Below, in pieces: positions 38,957 through 49,800 of a stretch of DNA of 64,000 nucleotides (position 1 is its first letter; each line of letters starts with the position of its first letter). The DNA comes from Azolla caroliniana (lineage: Eukaryota > Plantae > Polypodiophyta), in contig JBHGNT010000001.1 in assembly GCA_043228905.1 (NCBI GenBank), forward strand, positions 18,848,001 to 18,912,000, read 5' to 3'. The translations under genes were made by a program, and so were the position numbers. The notes under the pieces are model-generated. The model searched no databases and had not been told where the DNA came from. It was given only the letters and a program-made list of their open reading frames with translations.

Positions 38957-39041
38957 TCTCCCCCTCAAGCTCAAATTGAGGTCGGATCGTGGTGTTAGTG
39001 TCTGTGGCAGCCAGTCCTTGCATACAGTTCCTTCTTGTATC

Positions 39042-39243
39042 ATTGAGGTTTACCGGAGCCGAATCGGAGACACATATTTGAACCGCCCTTCAAGTACCGG
39101 AGTATCCATTTGACCGCGTTCCAGTGCTCCTTGCCGGGATTGCTCATAAACCAGCTCACCACTGCGACTGCGTATCCAATATTCGGCTGAGTACAAACCA
39201 TTGCATACATCAAGCTCCCAACGGCAGAGGCATATAGAACCTT
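39042..39243 (-). pseudogene. Fragment of a C1/C2-family copia RT
   Basis: Near match to 12875-13071 and 4066-4260. Confidence 0.8.
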
Positions 39244-39759
39244 TGTTGAGCGGCAAGCTCAACCGGAGCCAGATCGGCTGAATAAGCTTGAGCCGGTAAG
39301 CGAGATGAATCGGTATGCCGGTGAGTGTTAACTCTTCGGGCCGGACAATGGCCTAACACAGGGTGTCTACGTGAGACACTTCACCAAAGGGTGTTACGGC
39401 AACCGGATTAGACTTCAACGCTTAATCCGACTTAGTTAAGTTACTTATAAGGATCGTCTTCATAACACGCGTAAGATATACAATTAAGACAGAACGGCAA
39501 TTGACACAGAGATATAACAACGCTTAAGCTTTCATTAATTAACCGCTAACTATTACATTGTATCCGGGCCTTTAAATAGGTTTCCGGTCTGTATTACAAA
39601 ACGGTGCCATCCGCACCTGTTCGGGATCGGTCCGGATCCGGAACGGCATACCGATTCCGGTCCGTCCGTCCACACTCACAGCTTAATTACAACCACATTC
39701 CTACTACTTAATTAGCTCTCCGTTTCCCACTCTGGACTCCTTTGCCGGCCGGTAACACA

Positions 39760-39775
39760 TGGCACGCCCGTGGGA
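39760..39775 (+). promoter_or_regulatory. Second PBS-like motif (tRNA-Arg type), antisense to element B, at the position of the PPT
   Basis: TGGCACGCCCGTGGGA starts 2 nt inside the 3' LTR boundary; no purine tract is present on the element strand. Confidence 0.65.
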
Positions 39776-39811
39776 TAATACCTTGTACGTCGAATCCACA
39801 ACCGACCCTTG

Positions 39812-42795
39812 CTATTCTTCGTCCAAAATGTCCAGAATGCTCAGTTCGAGAGGCTCCAATGGTTCATCTGGAAGTGGTTGTTGTTGTTGTTGTTGTTGCT
39901 GCTCTGTTGTAGTTTGCTGCGGCGGGTCTGTTGGTGGTTGCTGCGGCTGCTCCTCCGTTTGTGGCTCTGACACCGGCGTCTCCATCGTTGCTCCCTGCGT
40001 CGTGGTGGTCTCCGGTTGACTGGTTCCCGGCTGGCCCTCAGCCGACGACGGTTCCTCATCACTAAGGTTAACCGTTGTCGCTTCCTGTGCTTTTTCTTCC
40101 CGTACCCGGGATCGCTCGTAGCTTTCAAACTGGATTTGAGCGTCCAGCCTATCATCGTCCAGCTGAGCTACGAGCTGTCTGACCTGCGCCAGCTATTCAC
40201 CTGCAAGGACTTGGAAGTCATCGGCCAGCTCGTCCCATATGGCGGTGAAGTCCTCGGAAGTCAGCGTATAACAGTCATCTCCTTCCTTCCGCTGGTTTGC
40301 CACATCCGCCCGTAGCAACTGGAGTTCCGCCGCGTTTTGTGCCCACTTTGTCCACCATTTTACGGAGCTTTCATCAATCAAGTGCTTCGTCTGATTCAGC
40401 CATGCCCGGAGGATGGACTGAATCCGGCTCGTTCCCAATTGCGATTTGGTTTCTGCCGCTTGCCGTTCCTCCTTCAGTTGTTTGATGATTTTTACGTTGT
40501 CCTCCGCCTGCGCCTTGTAATGCGTCAGTTGCCTTTGATATGTACTTTGTAATTTCTGCAATACTGTAGACGCTCTCTCTTTGTCTTCCTGCTGCTGCTT
40601 CTGGAGCTCCATCCGGACCTTCTCCGCCTCTTCCACAAGCATCTTGTATTTTCCGCCCGTTCGTCGGCGATCGCCGTTGCAGCCCGATCAACTGCCTGCT
40701 GGAGCTCGGGCATCCGTTCTTTATGCTCTATTTCCAGCCGTTTGTAGTCCCGGTGCAGGTGCTCAAAATCATCCGTCTTTTGCTTGAGCCGTGCGTTGAT
40801 CTGACGACGGGCCCGGTCCTCGCGGTCCTGCTGCTGGCGGAGCTCTTCCTTTAGCCGTTCTATCTCTGTTTCCGCCGTTTTCCGCAGCTTGTCCTTTTCC
40901 TGCAGCACTTTGTCTTTCTCCTCCTTTAGCCGGTCGTACGCTTGATGGCCTTTCCGGAGGCTCTCCTCTGCCCGACGGAGGTTCTCAGCAGTCTTCTTTA
41001 ATTCGGCTTCGGCCGCCGTCTTCAATTCTCGTTCACTGCTCCTTAGCGCTTCTTGTGCGGCAAGTTCCTCTCTCAATTCCGCAAGCTCCCGAGCTTGCAC
41101 CGCATCTCTCACCGGAACGGTTTCCGTTGCCGGGGTCTTATTCCTATGTACAGGTCGTTCCGTTTCATTATTTTGTACACTTACCGGAGTCACCGGTGAT
41201 TGGATCCGTATTTTAGCCATCTCTGTCATGACCTGATCCAAATCTTTTTCAAGGCACCGGATTCTTGACCGGGCCGTCTCTAGTTGTTCGGTTGTGACGA
41301 GCAACCGTTCGCTTTGCGCTCTTTCTTCCGCCTCGATATACCCCACTCCTCCGGCTATCTGTTCGCCTATCCACCGGAGCCACAGGCTACCGATGCCTTG
41401 TTGTGCTTGCATGGAGGTTTGATAGATGGGCTCACTTGTAGAGGGGTGGTTCCGCCTGGTTGCGCCGAGTTGCAGTTCCGTTTCTGCCCGTGGACCATCC
41501 TGCTGTCCTTGGTTCCCTTGCGCTTCTTCTTGGCTGACCGAGGGAGGCTGCAGTGACCTTTCCGGCTCTGGCGGAATGGGACTTGCCGATGTTGCCGGTG
41601 GTGCCGGGGCTTCTGTTTCCGGTTCCTTCTGCACCGGTTCCGGTTCCTTTCTTGGCGTAGGAGTCTCAATATGGGGAGCCGGTGTTCCCTCCGTCTGAGG
41701 ATCCGAACGTTTCCCGGTTGTCTCAACGGTCCTTGCCGACGACCGTCGCTGGAGGTGCTCCGTAGGCTCCTCCTCTATTTCCTCCTCCTGAGCTCCGGCA
41801 TTGAGTTTTGCCGCCAAGGGGTCTACTTCCCGATTCACCGGTCGGCGGAGTGTGACCTTTACGGGTCGTGCCGGTGGTTCCTCCTACACCTCTGTTGGGC
41901 GCTTCCGGCTGCCACTTCCTGCTGCCGCCTGGTCTGCATCCACCGCCTTTCCCTTACTGGCCTTAGAGGCCAACAACTGCTGCCGTTTGGAAGCCGTCCT
42001 TGGGGTGCCGTCCGGCACTCTTCCTCGCTTCTTGGGCTGGACGGTCTGAACGGGTGGCACCAGCAGGATGAGCCACTACGTTACGGCGTGCCATATCCTT
42101 CGTCCGTCTCGGCCTTCTTTGCCGTCTTTGCCTCTGACGATCTCGATCGCTGCACACAACCCGTCTGCAATCAATACCGGCCAATCCACCTTGATCCCTT
42201 CATAGATGGCGATGATCATCCCTGCCCGGTTCTGCGGCATGATAGGGGGTCTAGGGTATATGTGGCCGTATTCATGGAGCACACGAGCAATTTCACGGAA
42301 CAACATATCTCCGCCGCCCTGTGTCCGGTAGCCCTTGCTGGCTAGAGAGTACTCACCAAAATACCTGATGAGTTGCTCCGGGGTTGGATTGTCGATCGTG
42401 AGTATGCCTCCCTCCGGAAGGCCTGTTAACGCTCGAATCGCCTCTGCCGTTATGACCTCTGTATCGATTTCCTTGATCACTTTGTCGGCTTCTTTGTGTG
42501 GCGGTACTTCCATCATCATCAGGAAGCCCTCGAGCCCGTGTTGCTTCAGCCATGTCTTGGCGGCTTCCGACAGCGTTTGCGGGTCCATTTCTGTGTCGAG
42601 GTCGGACTGCGGTGGCGAGGATGGATGGTGATGAGAGCGGGGTTGAGAAAGAGAGAGTTCAGAAGGCGGGTGTTCTCTTCTGATAATCTTGCAGCGTTTC
42701 GGTGCTTCTGTGCTCCTGGGTTCGCGAAAATAGAGGGTCTCTACGCGCAATAGTTTTTGTCTGTGCATCCTGGCGCCTTTTTCGAGTTTGTGCAT
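39812..42795 (-). pseudogene. Gypsy B extra ORF downstream of integrase (PMD-like N-terminus, P/E-rich linker, long coiled coil), frameshifted
   Basis: ORF pieces 42076-42795, 40525-41838, 40193-40642 and 39841-40155. Motif ITAEAIRALTGLPEGG; E/K/R/Q-rich helical tract. Confidence 0.75.
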
Positions 42796-42949
42796 GTTGC
42801 GTACTTAAAATAGCATTATGTCTTGTGGTGGCGCTTTAAATGCCCACTACGTACCTTTTCGCTCCACGCTCTTTCATCCATTCATTCCTTGCTTTTGCAT
42901 GATTGTTTTTTTTTTTTTTTTTTCAGTTATTATAATTATTAGTGTGACG

Positions 42950-43758
42950 TCACATGTCCGTTGGTCCTCCCGGACCCTTACCGGCCACATTCTCTCCGGT
43001 TACCGGCTTGCCGTCTCTGCCGTCTTCGTGGTTGCCGTCGGTCCTTTGCTCAAACGTGTTCTTAGGCATCGGTCCTCTATATGCCTTTAACCGGAATCCA
43101 TTCACCCATTTGCCCAGCACTTCGCCGGCAAGTGTCCCCAACTGGTAGGACCCATTATACTCCCGTGTTAGCCAATATGGTCCGGTCCATCTAAACCTTA
43201 GTTTACCCGGCATCTTGCCCATCCGGGTTTGGAATACTAGCACTGGTTTGCCAATTGCGAACATTTTTTCGTTACTTTTCCTGTGCCGGTCGACGAATGC
43301 TTTCCGTCGCCGTTGCTCTAATTCTAAATGTAGGATGTTGGCCAACCGTTGTTCCTCCAGCTCACACAGCGCTGTCAACCTTATTGTTTCCGACTCCTTC
43401 TCGTTCAGCCGTTCTCGTAGCTGAATCCGTAAGCTAGGTACTTGAAATTCTACCGGCATGACCGCCTCGAGTCCGAACGCCAACCGGAACGGTGTTGTTC
43501 GGATGCTCGTTTTGTATGCCGTCCGGTATGCCGAAAGCGCGCTATGTAGCTTTGTGTCCCAATCTGTCCGGTTCTCGTTGACGATCTTCCGAAGGATGTT
43601 CTGGAGCGTCTTGTTTGTTGATTCCGCTAATCCGTTCGCTTGTGGATAGTAGGGTGTGCTTCGTTTGTGGACCACGGCATAGAAGGTCGTTAGGCTTTCC
43701 ACCACTTGTCCGAGAAAGTGCCCCCCTTGGTCACTTATCAATTCAATGGGGCATCCGT
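42950..43758 (-). pseudogene. Gypsy B integrase core, 3' part
   Basis: ISDQGGHF, YYPQANGLAE, KLRFRWTGPY. Confidence 0.92.
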
Positions 43759-43824
43759 TGTCGTGAAGAATGTGCTTCACGATATAAAAATGAGCTTAAA
43801 TGTTGTATTTAATAATATTTGAGA

Positions 43825-44013
43825 GACTTGAACCCACATCCTTATATACGATGTACAATGTACATACCACTAGGCTAGGCTATTTATTTGTAAAAGTGTA
43901 TAATAAATGTGCTTCATGATATAAGAATGAAGCTATATATTGTATTAAGTAAAATTGAGGGACTTGAACCCTCAACCTTGTATATCAAGCACAAACCATA
44001 CACCACTAAGCTA
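43825..44013 (-). promoter_or_regulatory. Two tandem tRNA-type Pol III A/B-box modules in the A3 U3 (repeated in the 3' LTR)
   Basis: TAGCCTAGTGG with GGTTCAAGTC, and TAGCTTAGTGG with GGTTCAAGTC; both have a 43-nt A-to-B offset. Confidence 0.7.
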
Positions 44014-44270
44014 GGTTATTTGTTTTAAGGTTATATCCATCATTATACTTATCCCAATAAATGGGAGCTCAAATGAGCATGATGGCTATCATGCATCACA
44101 TGCAATGCATGTGCGCCAAATGGCGATCATGCATCAGATGTAACTCATGCATTACATGCATGACATTACCATATGCATGGAAATACTTATAAAAAGAGAG
44201 GAACGGAAAACAAAAGGGAATCAAGGAATCAAGAGAGAGTAAAAAAATAATACAATCAATTGAAGAAGAC

Positions 44271-44325
44271 TAGCTCATTGGGTGGAGAACCTCTCGTTTC
44301 GAAGTTGAGGTCGAGGGTTCAAATC
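44271..44325 (+). promoter_or_regulatory. Third A/B-box module in the A3 LTR, sense strand, downstream of the TATA box
   Basis: TAGCTCATTGG (44271) and GGTTCAAATC (44316), 45-nt offset. Confidence 0.65.
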
Positions 44326-44493
44326 AAGGGTCGGTATTGAAAAGATTCATCTTGCGATCAAGGATTGTAAAGTTGGTAAAATATTATATTTTTAATATAC
44401 ATCATGTTTATATCATATACTCTTGTTCTTTGAATCATACTTTGTCTCAATCTTCTTTCTTGAATCATACATTGTCTCTATCTTTTATCTATG

Positions 44494-44550
<57 letters not shown>

Positions 44551-44724
44551 TACTTGTAACTCTTCATCTTACTATCCTTAACCATTCTATCATCACCATA
44601 CAAGCCTTATTAAACTTAAGTTTCTTCAACTCCCCTTAACCTTAGTCCCCACGACTTCGCCGCACGAACCACAACTACCCCGACACATTTGGTGAACCCG
44701 ACGTGAAGGCGGCGACGAGGAGAA

Positions 44725-46839
44725 ATGGAGGAGCAAATGAGGCTTATGTGTACGATGATGGAACGAGTGATGCGGGAACAAGGGATGATGGCAAGCATCG
44801 ACAAAGCCGTCGACAATATTCTCGCACGAGTAGGAATCTTCGAAGGTATAAATTTAACAAGATTTCTGAAGATTTATAATGAAGAAATGCTTAAACGCGG
44901 TGTCGACGAAGCTACAAAAATTAATAGCTTTAGTCGAGTCGCTGCGATTGGGCTACAAGAGAAGATCCAAGAGCTCCAAAGGGAGAATCATACATGGACA
45001 ACATTCGAAAGGGCATTACTCAATGAATACAACCTCAACGATATGTCAAGGATGACAAGGCGAGCTTTCATGGATTGGGTAGAGTCTAATAAACATTTAA
45101 GTGTTTTGGAAGTATTAAAAGAGTTTTCTGAAAGATTTGAGCAACTAAATGTTAGAGATAGAAATATAATAGTGCCAGATAAAGTAATATTGTTTCTACA
45201 AGCTACTAATATTAAAGACAGGAAGGACTTGGGAATGCTTTTAGAAGATCAGAATAGTCCAAGTGGACTTACCGAAGATTGGGAGGAGGTGAAAAGGGCG
45301 TGCGCCCATTTCTGCAAAAGAAAGTTATGGTTTATGGATTTGCCCGACAGAAATGAGGAAGAAACGGGGAACGAGTCGGGAGAAAAGAAAGTAGAAGAAT
45401 CAGTCTTACACGAATTAGTGAAAGGCATGAAAGACTTGTCGATCAAAGTGACGAAGCTAGAATCGGGACAAAGCTCGACTTCGTCAAGGCAAGGAGGTGG
45501 AATGGTCCGAAGGTGTATGTGGTGTGATAGTATCGACCACCAGAAGAAAGATTGTCAAGAGCATAGGGATGCTCTTAATCATAATAAAATCTACTATCAA
45601 GATGGCAAGATTCACTCAACTGAGACTCGACAACCACTTCAACTCAACTTCGGGCGAGGAGGAATGAAAAAGCTAATGGAAGATGCCGAGAGAGAAACGA
45701 CTCAAGCGATACAATCCGTGGCAACCTTAGGATTGCACGTAGAAGACTCATATGGTGGATCTGGCTTTTGGCAAGATGTGATGGATTATGCAAGAAAAGG
45801 GAAGGTTCGAGTGGATGAATTAAAAAGAGCGGGAGATGAAATACGAAACTTCACTGGATGGAATGATCCAGTAGACGCGCTATCAGCATTCGCCCAAGTG
45901 AATGCACAAGATGTGCTAGTGGAAGAGAAGCGGAAGAGAGCTGAGGAAGCTGATCCGACAAAGAGACATGAGACACGAGAACAAAAGAGAAGGGAGATGG
46001 AAAAGGGTGCTATTGAGCCGAAGGAAGCTGATAAAGTAAAAGGAAAGACAGGCCCATCTTTCAAGCTTGCCTCAGACATAGAAACAACGACGGATATAAA
46101 AAAGGTACTAGAAACAAGAATATTAAATAGTAAGGTAGAATTTACTTTAAGAGAAGTGTTGGGTATAGCAAAGAAAGAATTTCATGAAGTTATCATAGAT
46201 ATTATTAGAAGGAAGAGACAGGTGACGGAGGAAATTACGGGAGGGTGTGCAACAACACTCCAAGATTTGTATGGTGGCACCATCAATGCTGCAAGTGTAA
46301 AAAACCAGAATGATGTTGGCGTCCATGAAGGGGACAGGAGTCACTATACAAGGGACCATTGGGCTCGAGCAACAACGGAGGCACCTGCAAAAATTGGGGA
46401 GCAGCAAATTCCATGTATTGCTTTGATTGATCATGGATCAGAGATTAACATGATGTCATCGGAATTTTACACTCGAGGACGATGGCCGATCGACAAGAAT
46501 CATGGGTGGAAAATAAGAGCTGCCACAGAAACTACGGAGGATCTATTCGGAGCATGTCCTAGTGTGAAGGTAACAATTGGTGATGTCTCGGTGAATCAAA
46601 ATTTCTTTGTGCAGGATCGATCAACCTACCCCGTCATCCTTGGCTAGCCCTACATCACCGCAGTGAGGATGGAAACAAAGGTTATTGATGATGGTTCGGC
46701 TTTCGCGAGAATCAAGAGTCAAGATGGAAGAAAGACTGTCCAATTCTTAACCGTGAGGCCCAACCATGAAAGAAACAAAGAATGCTTGAGGGAACATCCA
46801 ATTCAAGAGATGGATGAAGAGTTTTCCCAGGATTTTTAG
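44725..46839 (+). CDS. A3 gag-protease (single premature TAG at 46645-46647)
   Basis: CMWCDSIDHQKKDC and LIDHGSEIN. The frame continues after the stop to ...FSQDF*. Confidence 0.88.
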
Positions 46840-49800
46840 ATAGGGCTTTTACAGGTAGGGGCTGTGATAGCCCGAGCATAAAAGAAAACCCCATAAATAA
46901 TAATGTAAATAAAGATATTCCTTGTACAATCTCATCTAATGGTGCTACTTTTATACTAAAAGTAAATAATAAAAAAATACAAAATGCTTTCGAGTACTTT
47001 AAGTGTTCTGGATTAATAGATGATGATGAAGAAATTCAGGATATGTTTGAAGAATTAAGTTTTGAAGATACAATAACTCATTTGGAAGCAATGGAAGAAG
47101 ACAACGAAATCCAAGTTCCTGTCCATTCAATCAAGATGTATGAGGTCATTGAAGAAGTTGCTCGAAAGGATCATGAAGCACATGTACTAACAAAATACAA
47201 GACAGTGGAGAAGAAGGTTCGTCCTATTGCCGCTCCACTTCCAGGGGATAGTGAAAAGGCAATCAAAGAAGCAGCCACAGAGCCAATGATCAGAGACCCA
47301 CGAAAGGTAGGACATGTGTTTACTCCGGAAACAATACAAGGGATGAAAATAGGAGGGGGTGACTTCCTATTACCCGCTGAAGAAAAGCAGTTCAGGGAGA
47401 TGTTAAAAAGGCATGGAAAGGCGTTTGCATTCCAACCGGAGGAAATAGGGTGTGTGGATCCAGAAATTGTGGAGCCCATGGTTATATTCACTATCCCTCA
47501 TATTCCATGGAACTTTAAGCCAATACCCATGCCTAGGGCTAGAATCCCTCAACTATTAGAACTTTTGAAAGAAAAGATAAGGATGGGTATCTTGGAACCA
47601 TCGAACGCTCCTTACTCGAGTCGATGGTTCACTGTGTTAAAGAAAGATGGGCGACTCCGATTTATCCAAGATATGCAACCCGTGAATAAGGTAACAATCC
47701 GAAACTCGGGAGTAGGGCCAATTGTGGATGAGTTTGCTGAGATGTTTGCAGGAAGAGCTATATATTCAATGGGAGACCTTTATTCTGGATATGATCAATT
47801 TCAACTTGCTATCAAAAGTCGAGATATAACTTCTATCAAGACACCTATAGGGTTAGTACGGATGTGCACCTTGCCGCAAGGAGCGACCAACTCAGTGGCG
47901 CATATGATGAATGGAATGAACAAGGTACTTCGTGATTTTATTCCTCATATTACAATGCCTTTTCTAGATGATGTTCCAATTAAGGGATGCAAGGAGGAAG
48001 AGAAGAACGAGGAATTGGACGAAAGTGGTTGCCGTCAATTCGTTGCTGATCATATCAAGGATTGTGAGAAGGTGCTATCAAGGATGGAAGAAGTGCATTT
48101 GACCTTATCAGGGGCGAAGTCAATATTTGGGGCAAAAGAGATATTAATAGTTGGTCATATGTGTGGCCCGTATGGGAGAAAGCCATCCCCAACCAAGGTC
48201 AATGCAATTCAAAATATGCAAGAGGAATGTACATCCATCTCAGAAGTACGAAGGTTTCTGGGGGTATGTGTTTTTTACTGTAAATGGATTCCGCATTATG
48301 CCCATTTATCTGAACCTTTATATAGACTCCTAAGAAAAGGAGAGACATTTGAATGGAGTGAAGAGCATTCAGAGGCAATGAAGAAATTGAAGTACTACTT
48401 GGCACAAGCTCCACCATTAAAGCAACCAGACTACACCCGGCCCATATATCTCACAGTAGACTCTAGTCCCATTGGAATTGGATGGGTGATAAGCCAACAA
48501 GATAGGGAAGAAAGGTATCCAGTCCGATTCGGGGCAAAGGTTCTTAGTGGTCGACAAAGAAAATATGCACAGGTGAAAAGAGAGCTATGGGGGATAGTAA
48601 CAGCTGTAAAGACAGACCGAGATTACTTAATTGGTGCTGAAGTAATAATAGAAACTGATTGTTTGCCTATTCTGGGTATCATAGCTAATTGTGATATTCC
48701 AGATCAAGCCATGTTAAGATGGTGTATCTATATTAGATCAATCAACCCTGAAGTTCGACATATCTCTGGGAATAGAAATGCAGTAGCAGATATGTTATCA
48801 AGAGCAAGGTATGAGGAAGAGGAGATTCCAGACTCGGACGATGAGGACAAAGAACAAACAGTCCTTACCACAAGCATTACTCGGGAAGGAGGAATGCAGT
48901 TTCTAGAAGAGGAGTATGAAGATGAATTCAAGGAAATAGGGAAATACCTACAAACCCCTAACAAGTACAAAGGTCGATCTGGAAAAGAGTTCGCACAGTT
49001 TCGCAAGAAAGCCCATAAGTTCTTCCTGTATGAAGGATATCTATGGCGACATCCGAAAACCAAGACTGGAAACCCGCAAAGAGTAATAGGTTCTGAAGGG
49101 CAAAGAAAGGAGATAATCAAAGAGCTGCATGACAAAGAATGGGCTGGTCATCGAGGAGTGTGGGCCACTTTCAGTAAGATTAAAGAACGATTTTGGTGGC
49201 CTCGATACTATGAGCAAATAAAAAAGTATGTGGAAACTTGTCCCACTTGTCAATATTATTCAAATGTAAAATTTTGTGATGAATTACACCCAACATACTC
49301 ACCGGGAGTGCATTACAAGTGGATGATAGATTTGGTAACAATGCCACTTGGAGTAGGACAAAAGAGATACTTAGTTCTTGCTAGAGAAGATCTAACAAAT
49401 CAAGTGGAAGGTCGTTCATTGAGAACAAAAGGGACATTAGGAGTATGTCAATTCATCTTGGAGGACATTGTTTGTAGATATGGATGTATCGGGAAGATAG
49501 TGGCAGATAGGGGAGAACTCAATTCTGCGGAAGCTCAAGATTTTTTCGACAAAATAGGAATTCGGCTTTCTTTGACAACGGCGTACAATCCAGAAGCTAA
49601 TGGAAAGGTAGAAAGGGGACATGGGCCAATAGTCAAAGCTTTGGCAAAGGCATGTAGAGGACGGGTTAGTGATTGGCCAAAAACCTTACCCTATGCACTA
49701 TGGGCTGATAGGACAACTCACAGCACTGTTACTGGATATATGCCTGCAGAATTAATCACAGGACAGAAGCCAATAATGCCAATTGAAGAAAAGATAACTA

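Noticed and set aside
39841-40019. Cys-rich + strand ORF resembling a metallothionein
   Set aside because: It is the antisense reading of a (CAA)n poly-Q tract in the B extra ORF.
42906-42923. Poly(T) run as the tail of a LINE/SINE insertion
   Set aside because: No TSD or retroposon body is visible; it is probably part of the INT-to-ORF3 spacer of B.
43825-44325. Functional tRNA genes in the A3 LTR (and at 806-867)
   Set aside because: Acceptor and anticodon stems do not pair convincingly; reported only as A/B-box modules.
44337-44639. 100-aa ORF present twice (also 50865-51167)
   Set aside because: It lies in the LTRs and spans (CT)n(CA)n microsatellites; the duplication is just the LTR pair.
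46645-46647. Programmed stop-codon readthrough in the A3 protease
   Set aside because: A1 and A2 have a Glu codon here, so a point mutation in this copy is the simpler explanation.
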